This document shows positions 18,670-28,191 of a DNA stretch of 64,000 nt, piece after piece; position 1 is the stretch's first letter, and every line of letters begins with the position of its first letter. Below the pieces are notes generated by a model. The model searched no databases, had not been told where the DNA came from, and saw only the letters and a list, made by a program, of their open reading frames with translations. The DNA is from Gammaproteobacteria bacterium (lineage in GTDB: Bacteria; Pseudomonadota; Gammaproteobacteria; CBDBNL01; JAAOII01): contig OZ242372.1 in the NCBI GenBank assembly GCA_965209035.1, forward strand, positions 1,696,001-1,760,000, in the 5' to 3' direction. The position numbers were made by a program, and so were the translations under genes.

Positions 18670-21540
18670 ATGATGAAAATAAAAACGATGATAAAAACGA
18701 TGATCGCCCGTTGGACAAGTTATCTCAATCAAAAGAAGTTAGTTGCTTCTTTTACTCACAAGTTCCTTGCGTTTGCTATTCTCTTTATAGCAATTAGCCT
18801 CACCGCCTGTGCCGGTGGCGGCGGCGGCGGTCCGGATCCGGTTTCCCGTGATTACCGTGTTGTAGGTCTTACGGCTGTGCCGGCAAGCAATACCTTAAAT
18901 GTTGGCTGGACCAATCCCGATGAAGAGGATATCGTCGGGTTTGTTATTACCCTGACCGACCTTACCGACTTGCGTGCCCCCGTTATAAAAATTTCAATCT
19001 CAACAGAGAGCGAACAGGTAGACTTCGGCCCCCGTGGCAGTGTGAGTTTGACTACCGCCGATTTCGAAAATGGCAACTTGGAAAATGAACATCAATATAG
19101 GGTCAGTGTGGTAATTCTTTACAGGGGCGATAGTGGTGACAGAGGGCCTCCTGCGGCCCCTGTGGAGAGATTTGTGGGGCCGAACATGGACGGTGACACC
19201 GTGCCGGACTTTTTGGATGATTTTGCCGATGATCCTTGTGCGACCACTGATACGGATGGCGACGGAGATCCTGACACTCTGGTTCCCGGCTGTGATACTA
19301 CCTTGACGAAAGATCTTGACAGTGACGGTGACGGTGTGGAAGATCTAACGGATTCTTGTCCGTTGGTCCCAAATCCGGGTGCCGGGCAGGATGCGGATGG
19401 GGATGCGGATGGGATACCGGATGCCTGTGATCTGGACATAGATGGTGACGGCCTACCGGATATTAGAGATGCCATCCCGCTCCGCGATTGCGGGCGTTTT
19501 GATTTGGATACGGATGGGGACGGTTTTCCCGATAAGAAAGCCGATGCCGAGCGGGAGGGCCTAGATGACATTTGTGCTGCAATACTTCAAATGATTTCCG
19601 AGGATCGGGATGATGATGGCGATGGCCTCATAGAAATTTTTTACCTTGACGAACTGGTCACCCTGAGTTATGATCGCAACGGAGACGGTGAGGATGATGA
19701 TGGTCTCGCAAGAACCGTAGGAGATACCGGCTGTCCCTTGTCGAGTTGCACCGGCTATGAGTTAACCGGAGACTTAGATTTTGAAAACTCGGATCACTAT
19801 AAAGATCCAACCAAGATGGATGAGTGGACCAACGGTTCCGGTTGGGTTCCGATTGGTTGCACCGGAGAACCGGTTGTCTGTGAACCTTACTACAGCACAT
19901 TGGACGGCGGCGGCTATGAGATTGCCAATCTGTTCATTAATATCGTTACTGTAGTTAATATTACTGTGACCCCTGTTGAAGAAGTCAGGATGATAGATAC
20001 TGTGATGGAAGTTGAAATGTTGAATGCCACTACTAATATGACATTTTTTGTCAATCAGACTTTCGTTACCAATATCAATGTTACTGTCAATCGGACATCT
20101 ACTGTTTTCACGGAAAAAGAAAGAATTCCATATCTGGGTCTTTTTGGATATGTCACAGATTATGGCATCCCTGGCCGCGGTGCGGCAATCAGGAATCTCA
20201 CACTGGCCGATGCCAACATTAAGGGCACGGGGGCCAGTCAAGCGCTTGGTGCTCTCTCCGGCAAGGGGGTTTTTGCCAGTGTTAGTAATGTTCGAGCAGA
20301 GAATGTTACGATTAGTTCTACCGGGAGGCGGGTCGGCGGTTTAGTTGGCGACTGTGGCCGTTGTAAAATTGCTGATTCTTATGTAACCGGCAGCAAGGTT
20401 AAAGGTGATCTTTGGGTAGGCGGCCTGGGCGGATGGATTGTTTATTCGCGTGTATATAATTCCTATGCGGAAGTGGAAGTCGCCGGTAGTGGTGCTGTCG
20501 GCGGATTAATCGGCGACGCAACTTCCAGCCATGTCAGACATTCGTATGCAACAGGGAATGTAAAAGGTTCGAATTCCATAGGCGGGCTTGTGGGCAGAAT
20601 GGGGATAGGCAGTTCGGTCGAAAGAGGAAAGATTACATCTTCTTATGCTTCCGGTAATGTGACCGGTTACAATTTGAATACTGGCGGGTTGGTCGGCTAC
20701 ACGGACGGTGCCACTATCAGCGGCTCCTATGTGGACGGCGGCCGTGTCAGGGGATATGCTATTGTCGGCGGTCTGATAGGGGTGGCACGCGGCAAGGTTG
20801 CCGACACGATTGTCCGTGCCTCTTATGCTCGCAATCAAGAAGTTAGAGCCACTACGACTACACGTCATGGCTGGGTTCTTAACATTAATATTGGCTCATT
20901 GTATCTGGGTGGTCTGTCAATTAGTGCATATCACGGTGGGCTTATCGGGTTAGCCGAAGATGTTCACATCCGTCATTCTTATGCGGCACCCGATCAGTTT
21001 ACTTCCGAACCGGATGCGGTGAGGGGTGGTCTGGTAGGAGCCGGTGCTTGGCGGAAGGGGCCAGGCAGAGACAATGATTTGAGGTATGGGTTGGTTCGTT
21101 CTGATACTATTGGGACGGGATCCACAAAAAGAAGCTACAATACTTATTTAACCACAGACTTGCCCCCAGGTACAGATTATTCCGAGTACATCACTGATTC
21201 TTATTGGGATAGAGAAATCACCGGTGTGAATCTTTGGAATGTTCCACCTAGCGTTCATGGTGCATCTAGATCGGATCCTCCGGCAAACTCCTACGCCGGT
21301 GTAGGTGAACCCCAATCAACGAGCACACTGAAGGAGGGACAAGTAGGAACGGGGGGCGACGTTTACGAATTCTGGGACAACTATTGGTGTAACCCGAATA
21401 CGGGTGAATTTCTGACCGAAGCCCCGGATTCTTCCGTGGCGAATTTCGAGGACTATGTGCCGGCATGGGATACGAGCGATACAGGCAGTTATCCCCTCCT
21501 CAACTGCCCGCCGGAAGGGATTGAACAGCAGAGACCTTAA
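18670..21540 (+). CDS. Putative surface lipoprotein of the same family (FN3-like, TSP3-like repeats, one GLUG-type solenoid), 956 aa
   Basis: Lipobox LTAC followed by AGGGGGG; DSCPLVPNP...DGIPDACD TSP3-like repeat; GCP..SC.GYEL, GGL.G coils, DSYWD and YWCNP motifs. Confidence 0.9.
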   Translation: MMKIKTMIKTMIARWTSYLNQKKLVASFTHKFLAFAILFIAISLTACAGGGGGGPDPVSRDYRVVGLTAVPASNTLNVGWTNPDEEDIVGFVITLTDLTDLRAPVIKISISTESEQVDFGPRGSVSLTTADFENGNLENEHQYRVSVVILYRGDSGDRGPPAAPVERFVGPNMDGDTVPDFLDDFADDPCATTDTDGDGDPDTLVPGCDTTLTKDLDSDGDGVEDLTDSCPLVPNPGAGQDADGDADGIPDACDLDIDGDGLPDIRDAIPLRDCGRFDLDTDGDGFPDKKADAEREGLDDICAAILQMISEDRDDDGDGLIEIFYLDELVTLSYDRNGDGEDDDGLARTVGDTGCPLSSCTGYELTGDLDFENSDHYKDPTKMDEWTNGSGWVPIGCTGEPVVCEPYYSTLDGGGYEIANLFINIVTVVNITVTPVEEVRMIDTVMEVEMLNATTNMTFFVNQTFVTNINVTVNRTSTVFTEKERIPYLGLFGYVTDYGIPGRGAAIRNLTLADANIKGTGASQALGALSGKGVFASVSNVRAENVTISSTGRRVGGLVGDCGRCKIADSYVTGSKVKGDLWVGGLGGWIVYSRVYNSYAEVEVAGSGAVGGLIGDATSSHVRHSYATGNVKGSNSIGGLVGRMGIGSSVERGKITSSYASGNVTGYNLNTGGLVGYTDGATISGSYVDGGRVRGYAIVGGLIGVARGKVADTIVRASYARNQEVRATTTTRHGWVLNINIGSLYLGGLSISAYHGGLIGLAEDVHIRHSYAAPDQFTSEPDAVRGGLVGAGAWRKGPGRDNDLRYGLVRSDTIGTGSTKRSYNTYLTTDLPPGTDYSEYITDSYWDREITGVNLWNVPPSVHGASRSDPPANSYAGVGEPQSTSTLKEGQVGTGGDVYEFWDNYWCNPNTGEFLTEAPDSSVANFEDYVPAWDTSDTGSYPLLNCPPEGIEQQRP

Positions 21541-21762
21541 TCCTCTTTAATCCGAGTTCTCTTACAAAGAACTCTAACTCGGGCGGACAAAGAAGATTAA
21601 AAGAACAGACTGCGTAGCGAATCAATTACGCGGTTTTAAGTGGCATTTATTCATTTGTGAATTCAAAAAATGAATCGGGGCTAGCAAAGCAATAGAAAAA
21701 CCAAGAGCCGGAAGCACACAGCCGACCATGCATGTATGCGCAGCCGGCTCGCGATTAGAAAC

Positions 21763-22035
21763 TCAATCGGTCAGCCAAAAAAGTGCCACAGCCGCTGTCC
21801 ATGAAAAGTTCGGTCCGCCGCAAGCGGTTCCGTGCACAGGATCGTAATATTCGGCAAAACCCTTTTCGTTGGTGAGGCGGATACAGGCGGTTCGTAAGTT
21901 GCCGGCTGGTTCTTCATCACCGTATTTTTTTAGCCCTTCGGCAATCATCCAATTGATGTGTAGCCGGGTAGGTCCTCGCCAGTATCGTTCGCTCTCAAAA
22001 TAGGGTGCGGTTGGGTCGCTACCGGGAATACCATG
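21763..22035 (-). pseudogene. C-terminal remnant of an MGH1-like/GH63 glycoside hydrolase
   Basis: Reading YFESERYWRGPT..INWMIAEGL...GFAEYYDPVHG..CGGPNFSWTAA is the conserved C-terminus of (alpha/alpha)6 GH63-type enzymes; the N-terminal bulk is missing. Confidence 0.75.
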
Positions 22036-22376
22036 CGATCTAAAAGTTCCTCAAACAAGAAATAGGAGCTGTCCGGGTTCCGGCCAATCGCGAGGGGTCG
22101 GGAAGATCAAACGGATCAAGTGGATCGAGGCAGATAGAGGCAGCGATGAAAATATGAACGGGCGGACGCGTCAATTTTTACCGCGTTGAATCCGTTCCGT
22201 ATAAAATAAAAGAATGATTTTGGATATTTTGCGAGCATGGAAGACTATCGGGTTTGTGCTTTTCCATTCGGCCCCGGACGGGAAGAACAGCCGCTGGCGA
22301 AGTGTTGCTCCTCAACCGGGAAGACCGTGCCCAATCATTTTTTCGGCGAGTTAAGAGTTGTTGTTATTTTATTAAT

Positions 22377-23897
22377 ATGAAGACGAGAGAAGTGCATGCC
22401 GACCTGGTCGTCATAGGCTCCGGCGTAGGCGGGGCGACTTTGGCATATGGGGTTGCCGCCAAGAATACGAATCCTAAAATCCTTATATTGGAACGGGGCG
22501 ACTACTTGCAAGATAGCCCGGAGTGCGCGGATGCGCGTGCCATTTTTCGGCGCGGATATTTTCGTAACAGCGAGGACTGGTATGACACGGACGGCAAACC
22601 ATTTAATGCGGGCAACTACTATTATGTCGGCGGTAATTCAAAGTTCTACGGTGCGGTGATGCTCAGATACAGAAAACAAGACTTTGGCGGTATTTCTTAT
22701 CCGGACGGCGACACACGCGCCTGGCCCTTTGGTTATGACGAATTGGAATCTTATTACGCGCATGCCGAGCAACTATTTTCGGTGCGCGGCACCTCGGGTG
22801 CGGATCCGACGGATCCGCCGCGTTCCGGACCTTACGACTTGCCGCCCGTGCCGGATGAAGCGGACATCGCAAGAGTTCGCGCCGAGTTGAAAGAACTGGG
22901 CTTGCATCCTTTTTCCTTGCCGCTGGCCGTGGATATTGACGAATGGTTGAAAGATCAACAAACTCCTTGGGATGCCTTCCCCAATACCGGTGATGGCAAA
23001 ACGGACGCACAGAACGGACCTCTGAAACGCGCTCTGGCATACGAGAACACGCAACTCATCACCCAAACCACCGTGCGCCGTCTGCTGACGGACAAGGGCG
23101 GTAAGAAAGTGGTCGCCGCCGAGTGTGTTAGCAAGGGCGAAGACCTGCGCGTTGTGGCAAACACTTTTGTGCTGTCCGCGGGTGCGGTTCAATCGGCATC
23201 TTTGTTGCTGGGCTCGGCGGACGCAAAAAATCCCCGCGGACTGGCGAATCACTCCGATGCGGTCGGCAGATATTTTATGAACCACAACACAGGCGCGTTG
23301 CTTGCCATAGACCCGCGGCGGCGGAATCGGGCGGTGTATCAAAAAACTGTCGGCTTTAATGACTTTTATCTTGATGACGGCAAGGGCGGACACCCGCTTG
23401 GCAATGTCCAGTTGTTGGGTAAAATCACACCGCCGATTCTTAAGACCGCTCTCCCATATGTGCCGGAATCTGTCCTGCGTTTGATAACAAATTACTCGGT
23501 GGATTGGTATTTGATGAGCGAGGATCTGCCACACCCGGACAGTCGGGTGCGTCTTGACGGTAATCGTATCGTCTTGGAATGGAAAAGAAGCAATATGCAA
23601 GTATATCGTCGGCTGGAAGATCAAGTGCGTGCGGTGATGCGTGCGGCCGGCTATCCGCTTGTGTTAACCCGAAAGTTTGATCGCAAGGTGCCGTCGCACC
23701 AATGCGGGACAGTGCGTTTTGGCAAGGACCCAAGGCAAGACCCTCTGGATCATTTGTGTCGCAGTTTTGATCACCCGAACTTGTATGTTGTTGATGCGAG
23801 TTTTCTGCCGACTTCGGCGGCGGTCAACCCCGCTCTCACAATCGCGGCTCAGGCTCTGCGTGTCGGCGAGCATCTTGCGCGCGAGTTGCGATCATGA
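22377..23897 (+). CDS. GMC family FAD-dependent oxidoreductase (sugar dehydrogenase-like)
   Basis: VIGSGVGG FAD-binding motif, VGGNSKFYGA, SHQCGT and VDASFLPTSAAVNPALTI; ATG 22377 preferred over the upstream TTG. Confidence 0.9.
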   Translation: MKTREVHADLVVIGSGVGGATLAYGVAAKNTNPKILILERGDYLQDSPECADARAIFRRGYFRNSEDWYDTDGKPFNAGNYYYVGGNSKFYGAVMLRYRKQDFGGISYPDGDTRAWPFGYDELESYYAHAEQLFSVRGTSGADPTDPPRSGPYDLPPVPDEADIARVRAELKELGLHPFSLPLAVDIDEWLKDQQTPWDAFPNTGDGKTDAQNGPLKRALAYENTQLITQTTVRRLLTDKGGKKVVAAECVSKGEDLRVVANTFVLSAGAVQSASLLLGSADAKNPRGLANHSDAVGRYFMNHNTGALLAIDPRRRNRAVYQKTVGFNDFYLDDGKGGHPLGNVQLLGKITPPILKTALPYVPESVLRLITNYSVDWYLMSEDLPHPDSRVRLDGNRIVLEWKRSNMQVYRRLEDQVRAVMRAAGYPLVLTRKFDRKVPSHQCGTVRFGKDPRQDPLDHLCRSFDHPNLYVVDASFLPTSAAVNPALTIAAQALRVGEHLARELRS

Positions 23898-24694
23898 ATC
23901 CGCCTGTCGCACTGATCACCGGCGGTTGTCGCGGCATAGGACTTGGCATTGCCCGTTCATTGGCGAGTGCCGGTTTTGATTTGGCTTTGACGGGATTGCG
24001 CGCCGAGGAAAGTGTCAAACCCTTGCCAGCGGACTTGGAAAAAAAAGCCAAAGAAGTTAAAGAAAAAGGCGGGAAAGGTAAATGCCGGCTGCGGTATTTT
24101 CAAAACGACCTTGCCGACATCCGCGGTCACGCCGAATTGCTTGTAAAAATAGAAAAAGAGTTGGGGCCCGTTTGCACCCTGATTCTTAATGCCGGCATCG
24201 CTCAGCCGGTGCGCGGCGACCTGTTGGAAATGCGCGCGGCAGACTTTGACACGGTGATGGGCGTCAATCTGCGCGGCAATTTTTTTCTTGCCGCCGCCGT
24301 CGCCAAACAAATGCTTGCCACCCCGGCACCGGGTCATTTTCTGAATATTCAGTTTGTTACTTCGGTTAGCGCCCAACTGGCTTCGCCGGAGCGGGCGGCC
24401 TACTGTATTTCCAAAGCGGCCGCGTCCATGGCGGCATCCTTGTATGCGTTACGCTTGGCACCCCATGGCATAGCCGTATATGAAATTCGCCCGGGCATCA
24501 TCGCCACAGACATGACAGCCGGCGTCAAATCAAAATACGACCATTCCATCGAAGCCGGTTTGGTTCCTGCACGGCGTTGGGGTCAAGCCGAAGATATCGG
24601 CGAGGCGGCCGCCGCGCTGGCCCTTGGCAAGTTTTCTTTCGGCACAGGCTGTATCATCAATCTGGACGGCGGGCTGAGCATTCAAAAGTTATGA
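23894..24694 (+). CDS. Short-chain dehydrogenase/reductase
   Basis: TGGCRGIG, LNAG and YCISK (YxxxK) motifs; ATGA overlap with the upstream GMC gene. Confidence 0.9.
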   Translation: MNPPVALITGGCRGIGLGIARSLASAGFDLALTGLRAEESVKPLPADLEKKAKEVKEKGGKGKCRLRYFQNDLADIRGHAELLVKIEKELGPVCTLILNAGIAQPVRGDLLEMRAADFDTVMGVNLRGNFFLAAAVAKQMLATPAPGHFLNIQFVTSVSAQLASPERAAYCISKAAASMAASLYALRLAPHGIAVYEIRPGIIATDMTAGVKSKYDHSIEAGLVPARRWGQAEDIGEAAAALALGKFSFGTGCIINLDGGLSIQKL

Positions 24695-24764
24695 AAAATG
24701 CCGTTCCCTTTCGTTTTTTTAATGTCGGCATTACTCGCTGGCTTTGCATAATGATTTGTGAGTT

Positions 24765-26384
24765 ATGAAAAACAATACAAATGATACATACGATTATGTG
24801 ATTCTCGGTGCCGGTGCGGCCGGCTGTGTTCTTGCCAATCGCCTTTCTGTCAATCACCGAGTTCTTCTCGCGGAAGCCGGTGGCAATGACAGTCATCCTT
24901 ACATTCATATGCCGGCCGGCTTCGCCAAACTCACCGGCACAAGCCATTCCTGGGGATACAGCACCAAACCGCAACCGCAAATGAATGATCGCGCGATCTG
25001 GTATCCGCAGGGCAAGGTTTTGGGCGGCGGTACTTCCATTAACGCGCAGGTTTATACGCGCGGCAACCCAAAAGATTATGACGAATGGGCGCGGGACGAA
25101 AAATGCGAAGGCTGGTCTTTTCGCGAGGTTCTGCCTTACTTTAAGCGAAGCGAGGACAACCAGCGATTGTCCGACAGGTATCATGCCCAGGGCGGTCCGC
25201 TTAAGATTTCCGACCCGACACCGCATCCCATGACCTGTGTTTTTGTGCAGGCGGCGCAACAGGCGGGTATTCCCTACAACCATGATTTTAACGGTGAAAC
25301 GCAAGCGGGTATCGGCTATTACCAGTTAACCAACCGTGCCGGTAAACGCAGTTCCACCGCCGTATGCTTTTACCGCCCGGTCAGTCACCGGAACAACCTC
25401 AAACTGCTCCTGAACTGCCTGGCCGTGTCTGTCAATACGGAAGGCGGGCGGGCGCGTTCGGTCAGCTTGCTGCAAGGGCGGCGCAAGATGACCGTATTTG
25501 CCGAACGCGAAATTCTGCTTTGCTGCGGTGCCATAGGCAGTCCGAAACTGTTGATGTTGTCCGGCATCGGCAACGGCGAAGAACTTAAAAAGCACGGCAT
25601 CCCCGTGCGTGTGCATCTGCCGGCCGTGGGAGAAAACCTGCAGGATCATGTGGATCTCTTTTGTATCAGCGAATGCAAGGGGGACTACAGTTTTGACAAG
25701 TATAAGCCGCCGCATATGATGATGCTTGCGGCTTTTCAATTTCTGGTTGCGGGTGCGGGTCCCTTGGCATCCAACCTGTGCGACGGCGGCGGCTTCTGGC
25801 AGGCGGACGAAACCGCCAGATCGCCGGACATTCAGATGCATTTTCTGCCCGGTTCCGGACTGGAGCACGGCTTGGAAAAGATACGCAACGGCGTGACGCT
25901 TAATTCGGCATTTGTCCGCCCCCGTTCGCGCGGTTCTGTCCGGCTGACATCCGCCGATGCGGTTGCCCCGCCTTTGATAGACCCGAACTACTGGGGAGAC
26001 GAATACGATGTTGGCATATCCATCAAGGGGTTTCGTTTGGCGCGCGAAATTATGCGGCAATCCGCATTCCGTCCCTATATAAGAAGAGAAGCCCAGCCGG
26101 GCGATCGTATCACATCCGACAAGGACCTGCGTGCTTATGCGGCCGCAACCGCCAAAACGGATTATCATCCTGTGGGGACCTGTCGTATGGGCGCGCCCGC
26201 GGATGAGCGCAGCGCGGTGACCCCCGACTTAAAAGTCAAGGGGGTGGAGGGCTTGCGAGTCATAGACGCTTCGGTGATGCCTGCCGTCATATCCTCCAAT
26301 ACCAACGCCCCGACTATTATGATTGCCGAAAAGGGCGCGGATCTCGTGCTTGGCAATTCGCCTTTGCCGCCCGCCTCTGCGTAA
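24765..26384 (+). CDS. GMC oxidoreductase, choline/alcohol dehydrogenase-like
   Basis: GAGAAGCVLA, GKVLGGGTSINA, VGENLQDH, YHPVGTCRMG and NTNAPTIMIAEK motifs. Confidence 0.92.
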   Translation: MKNNTNDTYDYVILGAGAAGCVLANRLSVNHRVLLAEAGGNDSHPYIHMPAGFAKLTGTSHSWGYSTKPQPQMNDRAIWYPQGKVLGGGTSINAQVYTRGNPKDYDEWARDEKCEGWSFREVLPYFKRSEDNQRLSDRYHAQGGPLKISDPTPHPMTCVFVQAAQQAGIPYNHDFNGETQAGIGYYQLTNRAGKRSSTAVCFYRPVSHRNNLKLLLNCLAVSVNTEGGRARSVSLLQGRRKMTVFAEREILLCCGAIGSPKLLMLSGIGNGEELKKHGIPVRVHLPAVGENLQDHVDLFCISECKGDYSFDKYKPPHMMMLAAFQFLVAGAGPLASNLCDGGGFWQADETARSPDIQMHFLPGSGLEHGLEKIRNGVTLNSAFVRPRSRGSVRLTSADAVAPPLIDPNYWGDEYDVGISIKGFRLAREIMRQSAFRPYIRREAQPGDRITSDKDLRAYAAATAKTDYHPVGTCRMGAPADERSAVTPDLKVKGVEGLRVIDASVMPAVISSNTNAPTIMIAEKGADLVLGNSPLPPASA

Positions 26385-27631
26385 TGTCTCTGTCTATTTC
26401 CCTGCCCCTTTCGCAGCCTCTTTCGCAGCCTCTTTCGCAGCCTCTTTCGCAGCCTCTTTCCCCGGCCTCCCGGCAGCAAGACGCCGCCGAAGTCCGCATG
26501 ACCCAATACACTCTTAAAGGAGAACCCTTGCCGATTCGCCCGCCGACCGTAAAGTTTAATCGTCTTGTGTATGCCGCACCGCACTTAATTATTCGGCCGC
26601 TTGCTACCCGAAGTCCCTCTTACGACAAACTCCTGCCGGATTGGGACGCCACCCTGTCGTTTCGCCGTTATTTGTGGTCTCTCGGGTTTGGCATTGCCGA
26701 GGCTATGGATACTTCTCAAAGAGGGATGGGCTTGAACTGGGAACTCGCAAAAGAATTAATCAGCCGCACGATTAAGGAAGCAAAAGCGGTTAAGTCGCCG
26801 CCGTCTGTGGTTTGCGGTGCGGGGACGGATCATTTGCCCGCCGACACCGAACACAGCAAACAGGATATCATCGCCGCCTACTTGCATCAGACGGACTTTG
26901 TGGAAGATGCCGGCGGCAGCTGTGTCCTGATGGCAAGCCAGGCCCTGGCCCGCACCGCCCGGACCGCGGCGGATTACCGTTTTGTCTATGACGGTGTTCT
27001 CCGCCGAGTTTCCGCGCCCGTCATTTTGCATTGGCTGGGCGAGGTCTTTGATGCCCGATTGAAAAATTATTGGAGTGCCAATACGGATTTGGAACAAGCA
27101 TTGGATAGTGTTACGGAAATTATTGCCGAACATCGCGCCAAGGTGGCGGGCATTAAGATTTCTCTGCTGGACGAAGAACTGGAAGTTCGGCTGCGTTCCC
27201 GCCTGCCGGCGGGGGTGCGCCTTTTTACCGGCGACGACTTTAATTATCCTTCTTTAATTAAAGGAGATGCCACCGGGTATTCCGATGCCCTGTTGGGCGT
27301 TTTTTCCGCCATCGCGCCCGCCGCCTCTTTGGCGTTGGAGGCACTGGCGTCGGCAGAGAAAGAAGAATACGATCGGCTGATGGAATCCACCCTGGATCTG
27401 GCACGGGAACTGTTTGCCACCCCCACGCAATTCTACAAGGCAGGTATTGGTTTTCTCGCATGGCTTAACGGCAACCAAGCGCATTTCATTATGCCCGCGG
27501 GTATCCAAGCCATGCGCAGTATCCGTCATTACGCAAGATTGTTTTGTTATGCGGATCGTGCCGGACTGCTTGCGGCCCCGCCGCTGGCGGTGAAGCGGAT
27601 GCAACATCTGTTGGCATTGCACGGCTGTTAA
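26384..27631 (+). CDS. DUF993 family (DHDPS-like TIM barrel) protein
   Basis: DWDATL.FR..LW.LG.GIAEAMDTSQRGMGL, ILHWLG..FD, GIKISLLD and FTGDDFNYP motifs. Confidence 0.85.
   Translation: MSLSISLPLSQPLSQPLSQPLSQPLSPASRQQDAAEVRMTQYTLKGEPLPIRPPTVKFNRLVYAAPHLIIRPLATRSPSYDKLLPDWDATLSFRRYLWSLGFGIAEAMDTSQRGMGLNWELAKELISRTIKEAKAVKSPPSVVCGAGTDHLPADTEHSKQDIIAAYLHQTDFVEDAGGSCVLMASQALARTARTAADYRFVYDGVLRRVSAPVILHWLGEVFDARLKNYWSANTDLEQALDSVTEIIAEHRAKVAGIKISLLDEELEVRLRSRLPAGVRLFTGDDFNYPSLIKGDATGYSDALLGVFSAIAPAASLALEALASAEKEEYDRLMESTLDLARELFATPTQFYKAGIGFLAWLNGNQAHFIMPAGIQAMRSIRHYARLFCYADRAGLLAAPPLAVKRMQHLLALHGC
26403..26463 (+). repeat. 12-bp tandem repeat (GCAGCCTCTTTC) encoding (QPLS)n in the DUF993 N-terminus
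   Basis: Four near-perfect copies plus one degenerate copy seen directly. Confidence 0.9.
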
Positions 27632-28191
27632 CGCCGGGCACTCGAGCAGTCTGTTCAACCGCCGGGCATTTTATTTCGCCCGGTTCTCCTCAACACTCTT
27701 TGAGAAACTTTTGGCGTTGTTTTGGTACTGTTGCGGCGCCCCCGACACCCTTTTGTTGAATATCGGGCCGCATCGCGTCGCACTAAACAGTCATTTTTTC
27801 ATTGTCATATTCCCGGAATTTTTTGATCCTATGAGATAGGATCTGCGCAAAGACAGATCGGTTATTCAGAATCTTACGGAAGTTTTGCTCTCAACGGGCA
27901 AAACTTAAAAAGATATTTTTTACTCTATTTGGTGATATTTGTGTTAAAATTAACATAAGTAAGTTGAAAAACCGCTATGGTAAAAAACACTCTGTTATGG
28001 CATGGCAGCTTTGTTGTGATACTTAAATTGTCATTGTCAATGACCGGTAACTCATTAGGATTATTGGTGGTCTGGCGTCATATCCTTTTAAATCCGCCAC
28101 CCCCTCTTTTTTTAATGATTGGCAAGGCTCCGGAAAACCGATCTTTTGCCGCCTTGACCATCTTGGCCATCTTCGCTATCTGCGATGCGAC

